Positions 1 to 13,739 of a stretch of 64,000 nt of DNA are shown here, piece by piece (within the stretch, counting starts at the first letter, position 1; each line of letters starts with the position of its first letter). Origin of the DNA: Ginglymostoma cirratum (Eukaryota); the NCBI GenBank assembly GCA_024137785.1, contig JAHRHZ010000042.1:24169424-24233423 (forward strand), given 5' to 3'. The notes under the pieces were generated by a model. The model had not been told where the DNA came from and ran no database searches. It saw nothing but the letters and a program-made list of their open reading frames with translations. Made by a program: the position numbers and the translations under genes.

Positions 1-639
1 GACAATTGATTAATATTGATGTTTGAAGGGATAAAACAGATAAATGTGGCTGTGAACACCTTTTCTCAATGTGTTGGGAATATAGCCAATACTATGAGTA
101 TGACAGGATAGTTGGACAATTCTATGGGATCTAAGCTAAGAATGCAAGTTTGTAAAATTGAACGCCCTTCACAGTTTGAAGCAACAGACTCACGGTGATA
201 AGGACATAAGTAGGAGACATTGTTAGGATCATACGTGATAATAAACATTCAGAGCTAATGAGTGCATCTTTCTTGTTTATTGACAAGGATATTAAATGTA
301 AGTGTGAATATAGTCAGTGACAATTGAACTGTAAAAATATACAAACAAAAGTGAGAATTAAGATGATAAACTGTCATATTTGGTATTAGGGAGAGACCAT
401 GGTGGATGATAACCAAATGTGTCTCCAATTATATACTTAAAAATAAAATCTATAAGTGTAAACAAGACTCAAAGTGGTTGTTTTGCACCACAGCACTCTC
501 CTAAGCTCTTCATTAGATCAGGGTAGATATCATATAAATGTAGAAAATTGGTTTACTCGTGAGATAGAGTGTGGGAAATGCTGGGTCACGAGGTTACAGA
601 TTGTGGCTGGTGCAATTTTGCCGTTGCTAATAACCGGTT

Positions 640-1690
640 ATAAGTGTCCATCTCAACTCCAGAGCATCATTGCAAGAATTCCTCAGGTCTTTGGCTCAAT
701 CATTTTCAGTTGCTTCATCAATGACCTTCCCTCCATCACAAGGTCACAAGTAGGGATATTATCTGATGAGTGTACAGCATGCCTGACCTCGGAAACTGAA
801 GGAGTTTGTGGGTCACCTCAGACACTGAAGGGGAGTTTGTGGGATACATTAGAAACTGAAGGAGTCCACAACCATGTGCAGCAAGACTTGCACAGAATCC
901 ACTCTTGGGTCAATAAGTGGCAGGTAATACTTGTGCCACTTGAGTGCACAGCAGTGACCACCTGCAACAAGAGAGAATGAACGAAGGTCCTGTGACTTTC
1001 AATAGCTTTACCAGTGCTAAATCCACACTTTCAACATCCTGGGAGATATTGCATTGATAAGGTGGGCTGAAGTAATTGTTTTTGTGCTGTATGACTCTAT
1101 ACCAGTGACTAAATGCTGAACTGAACTAACTATATAAATATTGTGGTAACATAATTAGGTCAGAGGTTTGGAGTTCTGTGGCAATTAATTCACCTCCTGA
1201 CTTCCCAAGGCCTGTCTGCCACCTACAAGGCAAGAGTCATATTGTGATAGAATGCTTTCTAGCCTGGATGAGTGCAGATTCAACACTAAAGAAGCTTGAC
1301 ACCGTTCAGTCCATTTGATTGGCAAGCCATTAACCTCCATTAATATTCACCCACTTCCCCACTGATATACAATGGCAGAAGTGTATATCATCTACAAGAT
1401 GCACTGCAATAACTTAATAAGGTTCCTCCTACTGCACCATCCAAACCATGACCTCCACAATTGAGAAGTTTGCAGACAGCAGATACATGGAAGTACCATC
1501 ACATGGGAGTTCCCCTCCCAAGACATTCCATCCTGACCTGAAAGCACACTGCCGTTACTTCACCATCATTGGGTCAAAATTATGGAATACCCCTCCAGAC
1601 AACATTAAGAATGGCCTTACAGACCAAGAACTGCAGCAGCTCAAGAAGGCAGCTCACCACTGTGGTCTCAAGGACAACTGGTGATGTGCA
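640..1690 (+). mobile_element. Decayed CR1-group LINE (family B), RT region to 3' end
   Basis: ORF 474..980 contains IPQVFGSIIFSCFINDLPSI...ILSDECT...VQQDLHRIHSWVNKWQV (RT motifs). The 3' motif ctgcagcagctcaagaaggcagctcaccac recurs at ~26670, ~60175 and ~63720. Confidence 0.8.
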
Positions 1691-2556
1691 ATCTGGCCTA
1701 GAACGCTGCATTCGATTGAATGAAGGCGGCTGGTGTGGCTGTTTTTGCTTCTGCTATTATTGGCAGTGGTGACCTCTGCTTTTTGCCATCACCAGAAGTG
1801 GAAAGTAGACGTGCATAAGCTGCTCTCAAGGCACAGGGAAGGCTGGCAGGAGGGGAGTGAAATAAAAGGTGAATGAGGTGCAAGGCAGATAAAAATGCCA
1901 TTATCTTGGCAATCTCCTGTCAAACAGGGACAGCACTGTCTGAGAGAGCGAAAAAAATTGCAATCTCTCTCCTAATCCTGGCTGAGGCTCTTTAATGAAT
2001 TATATAAACACATGCACGTTGCGCCTATCTGGGATCTCTGCACATATACTTTGTATTTGCATCATAATGGTGCTAATATGTCCCTTGCACATTAAAGTAT
2101 GCCCGGCCATTGTGGACCTAGCAACATTGACTGAGTTACTTCACCGTGCTTTATTACAGCAATCATATATCGCGTGTCTGAGTTTAAAATGGATCACATA
2201 CACCAGTGGTGTTGCCAGTCCACTCGATCTTCACTGCACCAGTGCTCCAATTTGACATGTCTTTCAATCACATCACAGAGGAATTTACTGTCTTACAAAT
2301 GTGTGATTTCAAGACAAGGCATGAAGACAGATTGCTGGTTTATCACAGTTAATCTTTTAATTAGTTAATCAATTTCTACATATGCTATCATAAAACTCAT
2401 CCAACTAAAAGCTGCACAAAGTGAAAGAAGCTGCTGACAGATTGTCCTCTGATCATTCAGAAGTGACAGAAACTTTATATCTTTCAGCCCAAGAGAAAGG
2501 CATGTAATTTCAAATAGATGCCTTCAGTGTTTTCAAATGTGTGTCAGCTTTCTAAA

Positions 2557-3845
2557 AACACATAGGAACAGAAGTAGACCATTCAGCCCTTAAACATGGT
2601 CCACCATACAGTAAGATTGTGGCTGATCTTTCTCCTAACTCCATATACTTGCTTCTGGCCCTTTTCCTTAATACCGTTGTTTAACACAGAATCCCTACAG
2701 CGTGGAAACAGGCCCTTTGGCCCAACAAGTCCACACTGACCCTTGGAGCATCCCAACCAGACCCATCCCCTTATAAGCCACCTAAGCTACACATCCCTGA
2801 AACGCTACAGGCAATTTAGCATGGCCAATTCACCTAACCATCTTTGGTCTGTGGGAGGAAACCGGACCACTCGGAGAAAACCCACACAGACATGGGGAGA
2901 ACGTGCAACTCCACGCAGTGTGTCGCCCAAGGGTGGAATTGAACCGAGGTCCCTAGTGCTGTGAGGCAGCAGTGTTAACCACTGAGCCACTGTGCCACCC
3001 AAAACAAAAACTTATCTATCTCAGATTTAAAATTAACAAGCGATCCAACATCCACTGACATTTGTGGAAGAGTTCCAAACATCTATTACCCTTTGTGTGG
3101 AGAAGTACTTCCTAACATCTCTCCTGAATAGTCTAGTCCTAATTCTAGATTATGCTCCCTAGTTCTCGAATTCCCAGACACTGGAAACAGGTCATTTTTA
3201 AATACCTTGTCTTTTCCAACTTGTATCTTGAAGTCTTCAATGAGATCACCCCTTAACTTTCTAAATTCTAGAGAAAGCAGGCCTATTTTGCATAATCTCT
3301 CTCCATAACTTTACCACTGAAGTTGAGATATCATTTTTATAAGCAGACAATGTGCTACTTCCAAGGCCAATGTATCCTTCCGAAGGTGTGGTGCCCTGAC
3401 CTGCTCACAGTACACCATGTGGTGTCTAACCAGGGTTTTGTATAATTGCAACATTATTTCTACGTCCTTATACTCCACTGTTCTCAATATAAAGCATTCT
3501 ATTAGTTTTCTTGATTATTTTCTGCATCTGTTTGCAATGTTTTAAAGATCTATGCACCTGAACCTCCAAGCCTCCTTGGACATCCACAATATTTAACTTC
3601 CTTCCATCGAGAAAGGACCCTGATCTGTCCTTTTACGGTCCAAAAGTGATGACCTCACACTTGCTTCTACCAAACTCCATCTGCCACAGTTTTGCACACT
3701 CACATAGTTTATCAATTTGTGGTTTTATGCTATCCTTTACACTGTCATCAGCAAATTTCGATATGTGTTTTATGTGCTATTATCCACTTCGTTAATAGGC
3801 AATGTGAATAATTGAGTCCCTAACATAGATCCTTGTGGAACGCAA
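2557..3845 (-). mobile_element. CR1 (HER1-like) LINE 3' fragment, interrupted by a SINE at 2686-3000
   Basis: VPQGSMLGTQLFTLPINEVD RT motif at its 5' end (ORF 3770..3991). CR1-type 3' UTR at 2560-2680 resumes after the SINE. Confidence 0.8.
2686..3000 (-). mobile_element. HE1/V-SINE-type tRNA-derived SINE
   Basis: Minus strand begins gggtggcacagtggctcagtggttaacactgctgcctcacagc (A box), then ggttcaattcc (B box), the V-SINE core, and a CR1-like tail ttgggccaaagggcctgtttcc. Confidence 0.9.
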
Positions 3846-3849
3846 AACA

Positions 3850-3978
3850 AAAAACAAATCCAAAGAACTGTGGATGCTAGAAATCGGAAACGTAAACAGA
3901 GATTGCTGGAAAAAGTCAGCAAGTCCAGCAGGGAAAGCAGAGTTAACTTCCCTGGTCTAGAGACCCTTCTTAAGAACA
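3850..3978 (-). mobile_element. Penelope-like pseudo-LTR fragment with degenerate hammerhead
   Basis: Similar to the copies at 23988-24118 and 40773-40907 (gttaactctgctttc...ctgctg...ccagcaatctctg...gcatccacagttctttgg). Confidence 0.65.
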
Positions 3979-6480
3979 CCTTCTGTTCCATGAAATTTTG
4001 TCTCAGATATAATTGAAAAAAGTAAGGCTTTTCTATCCTTTAACCCTCGGCCTCATGTACTTTCCATGCCCCATTCATGCCCTTCTACCTATCTGTGCCC
4101 AAGTTCACGCATGGACCCCATGGCAGGCTATTTTTTCGTCTCACCCATGTCTTCATCCCAGGTAATCGTAGTTCCATGCCCATTTATATACAATATAGTA
4201 TAGAGAACCAACCTTATACTGACAACAGAATACTGAAATAAAATTTCAAAAACTTTATCTATCACTTTCTACTTCCTACAAGCCAATAAACATCTGAATC
4301 AACCAGACCCTTTTAAGTAATGAAGCCGGCAAGAAATCGAAACCTTTAATAATCTATTATTAAATGCAGTGCAATGAGCAACAAGGATAAGAGAGTTAGA
4401 GCTGTCAATCAATAACTGTTTTCGCAGGAGCTCAGTTGTTTAAACAGACGAATAGATTTCTCAGCTCTCAGAAAAGCCTCATTATATAATCTTGGCTAAA
4501 AATGGAGATCAGTTTGTGAGAATAGGTAGATTGCAGAGTTTGGCATGGAGGTGATGATGAGGACATTTTGAACTTACCTTTCAAAAAAGTTCTTCATGCA
4601 GACTCTAGTTCATCATGCTTCTGAGCTGCCTCTAAAATGCCTAACCCCACAATGGAGCCATTCAAGCCAGGATTGCAGGGCTCTCAATCTGAACAGACCT
4701 ACTCCCTTAAAAGGCAGTGCTGATACCTGGAAACACAGGGAGTGGCTTTGAAATTCTCAGAATTGAAACCTTCCACCATTTTAATGGGCTTCCCCCAACC
4801 TATCACAACCCAATGAAAATTTAGGCGAGGGTCGTATCCTTTCTGATGTTAATAGAAGTTCTGATAAGGAATGCTCCCTTCCCCTGATGAGGGGCAGGTT
4901 CTGCATTCTGCAGACAGAGACTTAGGGGGGAATTGGTGAACCCATGCTTTCATGTCCTTTCGGAACTTCAATGTATTTTTCCAGCAATATTGTTTCGCTC
5001 AGACTGCTAGCCAATCTATATCACTTATTTGAATTGTAATGAGCTTGCTCCTACCAATAATTAGCTGACATGTTATCAAAAATCTGAAATCAACTTTATT
5101 GGCTTCATAGATGGAACAGCAAAATAACATTGATTCAATTTGTATTCGACTATTGAACTGGGAGTGGATCCATGACTCTGTTGACCCTCATTTCTCAAGT
5201 TTAAAACTTATAATGACAAAATTGCCTGCCTCATTGAGAAGGTTCCATTGGATATTCAGTTGATGTCAATTTTTAGTCCAGGAAAAAAAAGTTGCAAGTG
5301 CTGCAGGGCTTTCATGGAATCTTCAGTTTTCTGTTTCATAAGAAGTCACCCAAGTGATGTCTCAACAGTAATTAAAAGGACTGTTTCTTTTATCAAGTCA
5401 TTTTGCTGTCTTGGAGTAGCTTATCATGGAAATTCAATATTAAGCTTCTGGGATTTTGTTGTATACTTCTGTTTCACTGTAATAATTTTACTTATAAATA
5501 AATATTTTCTTTTGTTTGATCCTAAAGGCAAGATACCCAAAACACATCAGAGGAGATGGGAGCATATGGTTGGCAGTCCACATGTGGGAAAAGGTAACTG
5601 TTTGGCCTATGCAATGCTATTTCATCAGGGAACAAACTTGGTACACAATGCTTATTGAAGCCGTTTTTGCATTGAAATCGCAAGGTCTATGTGTTAGAAA
5701 AGGCCCATTTGTGACCTCAACCTTGCTAGGAGTCACAATTGCCTTTCACCTATTTTCTGTAGAGTGTGCCTTGACAATTCACTGTGGTCACATAATATTT
5801 TTGACTCTTACGCTGTGGACAAGCAAACAGTTCCTGACCTTATTTTGTGAAGAAGTAGCGGTGGAAAACAACAGATTTGACTGCAGTCGAAGAGATTCTG
5901 TTCGCTTGCCATCTGGAAAAGAAATATTCTCCATCTTTCTTTCATCTGTACTCAAAAATCTCTAAACCAGAGCAATGCTCAAATAAATGATTATCAACAC
6001 TGGTGTGTCCATCCACTTAAAGATAAAATACACAAAGATCAATAAAGACAAAACAATGCACCACTGCCACTGTCACTTAATATTGATTCACAGCAAAAGA
6101 CAATCTGGTAACTTTGCTGATGCATTTGTTCCCACACATAGGTTGACACATTCATGCATCAGTGCATATTAGGTGAAAATCGACAACAGATCTTTATTAC
6201 TTAAACCAAGATTGTGATCCAGTGATCCTAGTTAACAATATCCCTCGAGGAGTCTGTATTTGTGAATATCAAAGATGCCAATACATGATCAATGGGAACT
6301 AGTGACTGGGAATAGAATATTTCACAAGTTACTCTTACACTAGGTTTTAACACGCTGAGCTAGACTATTCAACTGCAATACACCTCATGTAAATGAAGCT
6401 CAATACTGTGCTTGTAATGCAGTACAACAGTGTTTCACTTGTTATTAAAAATAAAGTCATTTGGTTTCATAATAAGGCAA

Positions 6481-7050
6481 TGGGCTGAATTTTCCCAGCC
6501 CCTCAACAATGTCAGCACTGGCGAGTCAGTTTGGAAAATTTGCCGAGGTCAGCAAAATGAGATCCTTGCCATGGAGGAAAAGAAAAGTTCTATTTTCCAC
6601 CTAAGGTTTGTGTATTCCCCCTATGAACAAAAGGCCCTTATGCATGAATCTGTACCTCAGTATTACCTTTCACAGACTCACTGATACTTAGTTTCTCATT
6701 CTTCCACGTGACGGAGAGAAACTAGGCGGCAACAATTTCCAAGATGGAAGACAGAGAAAATACCAGATCGCCACTTGCTACTCTGGGCCTCCATTTTAGA
6801 CAGCAGTCACCCACATCTCAGGGGATGCTCTGCAGCAGCTACCACTTGCAGGCCAAGTTCACAGAAGTTGGCAGTGGACACATGCAAGTTTGATCATATC
6901 AGCATTGTGCATCTCTGACATACTTTCAAGCAAGTTATTCACTTTATTGCTTAACTTCGGAGTGCACAATTCATTGTAAATTTGCTCTCCAGCTGTTTTT
7001 CATGCAAGGACCAGCATCCAACACATTGATTAGAGCAAAATGCACCTCAG
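6481..7050 (+). mobile_element. Probable PIF/Harbinger left end
   Basis: Starts with gggctgaattttccc, resembling the terminal motif at 44466. Lies upstream of the Harbinger transposase remnant at 9700-10390. Confidence 0.4.
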
Positions 7051-7084
7051 GGATCGTCATTTGTTTCTTTCACTGCTCTGAACA

Positions 7085-8775
7085 GACTTTATTTAGTATA
7101 TTTTTTTCCACCACCGGGAAAATACCCATGTAGCCAACTGCATACTGAAAAGCAAAGCCTGTGAAGGGCAATGCTTCCATCAAAATAAAAGTGGGGCAGG
7201 GGATAGGGTGAGAGGGAGAAGAATAAATCAAAATGGAGTTGGAAGGTGAAATAAAGCATTCCACACCCTGCTGCAGTGCTCACCTCTCCCTAAAGGCTTC
7301 AAGTACATTGATGGATGCCACATGCTTGCTCTCTGATGACACCCAGGCTCGCACATAACCAAGGAAGAGGGGCAGCCAGTTGGCAGAGACAGCCCCCTTC
7401 ATGGCCCACTGCCTGGACCTGTTTATTGCTAGTTTGGCCAGGCCCAGGAGCAGACCCATGAGGAGGTCCTCAGGCCCTGCGATCTGCCCACACCCCTCCG
7501 CACTAGGTGCCCAAAGATCAGGAGTGTGGGCCTGAAATGCAACCAAAAACACAAAACTGTTTCTTCAAATAACTAAACTGGGGGAAGAGGGGTGCGGCGC
7601 AATCATCCATAACCGATATATACACGGTCTACAGATTCGAAAATGCTGCAAACTCAGCAGTTAGGCTAAGAGTCCATGAACTGCTGCAATCTGCAGTTGT
7701 ATGGGACTGCTGCACGCAACACCCTCCACACCAGGTCCCCAAGAGAAAGGAGGAGGAGTACTGCAATGATAGCCCTTCTCTAGACAAACAAGCATACCTA
7801 GGGTATCCAGACAGCAGCCTGTCCAGAAACTATCGTTTTGCAAGGCAAGAAGACACTCTACACACGTTCAGAAGGCAGCTCAGGTCGTGGGGAACAGGAT
7901 CCTGAGGGAGGTTCAGGGGTCGATATGAAATTATGTCTAGGTAGGGGTACATGCAAACTGGATCCCACTGCACACTTGAGCATCCTCCAACTGGTGCATG
8001 ACGTTGGGTCCAAACTCCATTGTTTTCAGGTGACGGATGGCATTGGCCATGAGCTGGACATCCACTGATGCCCTGCCTGCCAATTTGTGCAGCAGCATCA
8101 AACCCAGGCCTCCACCATACAGCACATCCCCAACTCCAGTCACCCCTGTGGCCATGGTCCTCGCCTGCACCAGCCACTCAAACCTTGATGGCGATGGCAT
8201 GGATTCCTGAGCAATAACTCTCTGACGATAGCCGCTACTCCTGACGATGGGAAGACCTGGTGTGAGTTAACAAGGTTCCAGACATTAACCAAGTCCTGGT
8301 CGAAGACAGGAAGTTTTCTCATAGCGACTCACACACCCTCACGGAGCTGCATGTTATAACTGAGATCACATACATGGCACAAAATATACATCACCAGGGT
8401 GCACCATCCAGGAGGAGACTTGAAAGGTATCGCTGCAGGGTCTGAAGGTGAAAAGTTGCCATCTGGGTACAGAGGTACAGCAGCAACTGATCATCCTCCT
8501 CAATGGGGAGACCCAAATCTCTGCAGTGTCCCAGTACATCATCTTGTCCCAGAAAATATGAACCAACATCCCCTGGATTTCTGTGACAAAACTAGGAGGA
8601 GGGGTCAAAGGGACCATGGCACGGAGGTCACTGGCTAGTTTATGAATAGCACTCAGCTCCTGGAGCAGCCCTGTCCAGGGGCCTAGGTGAGCTGTGACAT
8701 TGGCCTCCAGCTCCTGCCAATTCATCGGCCAGGATTCCTCAGCCAGGCTAAGGTAGACCCCCAGATAGAGGAGAT
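7085..8775 (-). mobile_element. Tx1-like (L1 group) non-LTR retrotransposon, 3' part of ORF2, decayed
   Basis: Fragments NWQELEANVTAHLGPWTGLL...PLTPPPSFVTEIQGMLVHIFWDK, RKLPVFDQDLVNVW and DLLMGLLLGLAKLAINRSRQ...LEAFRER resemble the Tx1 ORF2 C-terminal half. Multiple frameshifts. AATAAA on the minus strand near 7090. Confidence 0.8.
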
Positions 8776-9699
8776 GTGTGATAGTCCAGCTGAAACCCCG
8801 TATTCAAAATTCAAAAATTATAAGCCCACAACACTTCTACCTTGCCTTGCCTTTCAGCAGAGTCACAAAGCCAAGCTTCTTGCCGTGGTTGTAAGTAGTG
8901 ATCAGTCAAAGGAGTGGACATATTGCTCTTCGACTCTGTTACATCACTGTCATACCTACAGCATTTATTAGCAGCTTATGCAGCAAACACAAAGCATGTG
9001 TTCAGCAAAATAGCCAGGTCTTGAAGTCTAAAGGTAGTGGTTCTCAGTCGAGAAAAAAGAAGGTAACTGTCAGCCATCAGGAGGGCAGCACCTGAACTTA
9101 GATACAATCGTTCTGCCACTTGGGGTAGTCATGTTCAGACATTTTGTACCATTACTGTGTGAGGTGTGGGTCACAACCAGTCCTGAGGATCTGTTTACTC
9201 AAAGTCATGGTAAGTTCTTAGATGCCATTGCTGTGTTTAGGGAAGTTGGGGAAATCAACCGTAGGGATTGGAGGCAAGATACAGGGTTGCAGGGAATTAA
9301 TTGGGATGGGAACAACTCAAAAGGGTGGAAGATGATACTGCATTGGAGGAAATAAGTTACTGTGGGATGGGAAATCATCAATAGACCTGACTTCCTTAAG
9401 GGGGGGGGGGGCAGTGCATCATGATGGTTGACATTTCTAAGCTGTAGGGCCAGGGCTTAAGGGGTAATATTAGGAGATGAAGACTTAAGTTAAAAAAGAA
9501 AAAGTTGAGTTGGAATATGTGGAAGCTCAGAGGTCATGGAGTTTGACGCGGAGTGCAAGGAAGAAAGGAGCATTATGTTTTGTGGGGTCTGCCAGATGAG
9601 CAAGTAGAGCCTGTGAATCGCTTTGTAAAGCATGTGTGGGTTGCCTTCAAGTCTCATCTGAATGGTAAAGCATAATGGAAATTAATAAATGAGGGTGTG

Positions 9700-10390
9700 A
9701 CCTCATTTCCCTCTGGAGAAATCAAGGCTGCAGCCCAGGTAGTAAACTTTGCTAACACAGCTGGATTTCCCCAAGATAGGGCACAGTAGACTGTACACAC
9801 GTTGCAATGAGACCACCATATAATAACACTGTGGAATTCATCAACAGAACAGGGCTCCATTCTATGAACATACAAGTCAACACTGATCAACAGTACCATG
9901 TTTTAAATATCTGTACTAGCCACCTGGCTATATCCTCGAGAACTCTTATGTTCTTGCTTCCCTTCCAAATAATGTAAGGATGATTAGAGAGACAAGAGCT
10001 ACCATCTGCAACCATGGCTGATGCCTCCATTACACAACCTCCTGATTAAGCTGAAGTGTGGACTCAGCGCAGCCCATTCTTCAAACATGGCTACCATGGT
10101 GCAGATGATAGCTCAGCTGAAGATGAGGTTACAATGCTTGGATTGGTCTGGGAAGGGCCTTTCAGTACAGTCCAGACACAGTGTGCCACATAATCCTTGC
10201 GTGCTGTGCTCTAAACAATTGGAGGAGACAAACAGGGGATGTAATGGGTGCTGAGGAGTTGGGAATGCAGCAGCAGTCTTCCAAGGAGGAAGCTGGGAAT
10301 TTTAAATCGGAGCAAAATCACTTTTATTGGCTTGTTGTGCCCAATGTTGCACCACTACAACACAAGCAGGATTGAATTAATACCCAGTTC
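9700..10390 (+). mobile_element. PIF/Harbinger (HARBI1-like) DDE transposase remnant
   Basis: Frameshifted motifs AGFPQ..TVDCTHVAMRPP, EFINRTGLHSMNIQV, QLKMRLQCLDWSG and CHIILACCALNN match Harbinger transposase motifs. Confidence 0.8.
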
Positions 10391-12254
10391 CAAAAGGTAT
10401 GAATTGGGTGAAGTGATCATTCATTGATTGTAAATTTGTTGCTGATGAAAAGATGAGCAACTCCTGCTTGTTCCCAGAAGCAAATGTAGATTCTTTTTTC
10501 AACGTTTTTTTTTTCCTTCACCTACCCTGCTGTTCAATGAAAGTAAAATGTTTTTAACTATTTGAAGACAGCCCAATATGTCACGCTCTCACATAGCACA
10601 GTGACAAGATGTTTTGCTGTGCTGGACATCCATGAAAATGTAACGCTGTCTGAGAGAGGATTCTAATGTGGTACTGTTACAACACAGAGATAGACAGAAG
10701 AATCAAATCAGCCTGTGTACCTCTGCATTCACAACACACTAATATTAAACCATTAAAGACCCCCAAGTAGTCACAACATTGGTTCTGAATGAAACTTTGA
10801 ATAATCAATCACAGATATTGCCAATAATTAATTTCAAGACACAGGTTTTGTACCTTAAACAAAAGACTTAATTGCTGATTAAATGCACAATAGCTTTAGC
10901 AGAGGAATAATTAGGCCACAAGATAAGCTGATTAATGTCTGTGCTTTAAACCTGAAAAATTTGTTTTCAGCTCCCATTCACACAAAAAAAAGACAAATAA
11001 ACAGAGTAAAGCGATTAATAAAAGAAAATAACAAAAAGAGCCAGATTACTTAAATGGCTGTCACAATGCACTGTTTCAGAAATGTCAATGTGGTCTCCTT
11101 GGCTGAATCTTGATCAGGGCCACCTTCTCAGTTAACCCAGGCAAAGCCTGTGACACTTCTAACTCTGTTTTCTGGGCTCCCAGGAGCTGGAGGAGCAGAT
11201 GAGACAGAGAGCCTCCAAATCTTCATGCTATTGCATATGCGGTCAAAACCAGCTCTCAGAAAACAGTTTAAAGACTACAACTTTAATTCTGGTTCCACTC
11301 TGATAGACCAACAAACTCTTCCTGAGGCTTCAATTATCATTCAACAACTGCCATCTGCTTGAACATAGAGTCTCTTCTAGACTTGCCAGAACCAATTTCC
11401 AGGTACTGACCTCATTTAGTGCCCAACATCTGCTATCTGTTTAAACACTCTTCTCAGAGTTGTTGCGTCCGTTTGAACCATTTTAATCTACAATCAAGCT
11501 ATAATTATCTTCCAGGCCTGACTTCACAAATAAAAAACAGAACTTGTTTTGTTTGTTCTTTTCCTTTTACTACGAGTTTTCCCAAAGTGTATCAGCCATT
11601 TCCATCTCACAATTCTAAATTAATGAAAGAATGAAAATGAAAATAATGAAAGCTCAGCGAGGGCTCTAATTGTGTGGAGAACGAGTAGCCTGTGTAGCTT
11701 GGATTTTGATGTTGCAATTAACAGGCAGTCCATAAGATTTGATGATATGAAGTAGGAACGCATTTATGAATTTCAGCCTCTGTATTTCCAATACAGAACC
11801 ACCCAGGTCCCATATGCAGTCACGAGCTCTTCCTTTTTGTTTCCTTCCCACTATATTTACAATGATGGCTACCTGTTGCAGCAGCCATTAACCTGGTGCA
11901 CGGATGGGCTGTAAATATGGTGCCAGCAGCAGAAATCCTGGAATACCCTTTCTGCCCAGTGTCCTACACATCTAGTAGCCTCCTCACTTGTGCTGGGATG
12001 GAATGATCTGATTCACAAGAAACCTCATCACCTCAGAATGAAAACCTCAAATTGCAGGCTGCCTGGTCCAAGAAAACGTCTTCAGAGCTGGGAGGTGTCC
12101 TGATTCTGCCCTCCTAACCATGAAGTCAGAATCTAGGTCCTTGTGCTCAATCACAGGAATTAACTGAGAGTAGTTCTGACTCAATCTCATGGGGTTGGAT
12201 ACAAGTGAGAAGTCAGAAAGTAGAGATAAAGAACAGCTATTTTGGAGGATTAGT

Positions 12255-12638
12255 GGTTGAGGGGTGACCTTACAGAGTTTAATAAAATCACAGGATGTAC
12301 AGATAAGGTGAATGGCAAGTGTCTTTTCCCTGGCATAGGGGATTTCAAGACGAGGGGGCATATTTTTAAGGTGAGAGGAGAAAAATTCAGGAAAGACAAG
12401 AGGGCAATTTTTTTTTATACAGAGTGGTTCATGTGTGGAATGAACTTCCAGAGGAAGTAGTGGTGATGGTACAGGTACAACATTTAAAAAACGTTTAGAC
12501 AAGTACATGAATAAGAGATGTTTGGGGGGCTACGTGCCAAGTGGAGGCAGGTGAGACTGGTTTAGTTTGGGATTTTGGTCGGCACAGACTTGTTGGATCG
12601 AAAGGTCTGTTTCTGTGCTGTGTAACTCTGACTCTATT
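12255..12638 (+). mobile_element. CR1 LINE 3' end
   Basis: LRGDLTEFNKITG...KTRGHIFKVRGEKF...FFYTE (CR1 ORF2 C-terminus), followed by the gatcgaaaggtctgtttctgtgctgtgtaactctgactcta tail. Confidence 0.85.
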
Positions 12639-12789
12639 TGATGCTGCTGGTTGTTTCTAGTAAGGTCCTACATGGTTCAGTCCTGAGATCACTGTTGGAA
12701 AATATGCAGGATTCAGATTTTGGAATGACAAAAGGGATTCCTCAGTATATCGACAAAATTAATACTAATTCTCTCTTAAAATTTAAGGA

Positions 12790-13700
12790 AGAGTCAACAG
12801 TTTAAAGCAGTGAGTATATTCACAGAATGGCATATTAATGAATTTTAAGAGAAAATGCGAGATATAATGATTTGAGAAGAAACATATGGAGATCACATTG
12901 TTGGAAAAGAAGAAACTATATATGGATCCACAGTTAAAAAAAAAGGTGTGGGAGTACAAATACACATAATATTAAAACAAGTGACACAAGCTAGTGAACA
13001 GCCAAAATAAAAGCCATAAGGATTGATCTCCAAGGGGTTGAAGTGAAAAGTCGAAAAGTTACACTGAACCTACATTGAAATTCCATTACACCACACTTGG
13101 AGGACTGTTTCAGTTCTGTTTGCAAGGTAATTATATTACCTTAATATTATTAAATTATTATTATATAAATTATTATTAAATTATTAAATATAATAATATT
13201 AAAAGCAAGGTTAACACAGAGAGGCACTGAAAGTAAAAATAAAAAGGTTTAGAAGGATGAAATCAGAATTGAAGTTGCATCTATCAGGAAAGGTTGAACA
13301 GGCTGGGTTTCATTTCCTTTTTTCAGGAGGTGACCTGATTGATGTCTTCAATATATAAAAGATTGATAAAGTGGACTCAGAGGCAGAATGTTTCCATTGG
13401 AGGGGAAGAATAAAATGAGAGGACTTCAACACAAGCCAGTCACTAAAGTATCTCATTGGGGATTTAGCTGAATCTTTGTATGATCAAGGAATAGTAAGAA
13501 TTTGAAATATAGTACCAAAATATGTAGTTATAGGAATCGTATCAAAGCTTTTTAAAGGGGAGCTGGATAAGCAGATAAGGGTGATAGAATAAAAGGTAAT
13601 GTTCACGAGGTAAGATGAAGAAGGAAGGCATGAGATATAAATGGAGCATAAATGGCTGCATAGATTTGTTGAGTCAAATGTCCTATTGTTGTGTAATTTC
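12790..13700 (+). mobile_element. Highly decayed CR1 fragment containing an AT-rich low-complexity patch (~13130-13205)
   Basis: Remnants accacacttggaggactg...cagttctg (PHLEYCVQFW-like), ggaggtgacctgattga, and ggggagctggataagca. Confidence 0.55.
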
Positions 13701-13739
13701 ATGCAAGTTGCTAAATGCATTATAAGTTTTAAATTCTGT

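Noticed and set aside
2930-3000. tRNA-like sequences at SINE heads (also ~29400, ~34600, ~39700, ~51660)
   Set aside because: These are A/B-box SINE heads continuous with the V-SINE core, not stand-alone tRNA genes.
4575-4650. Strong minus-strand donor-like AG|GTAAGT at ~4578 (also ~31047)
   Set aside because: The upstream sequence shows no IgLON-like translation.
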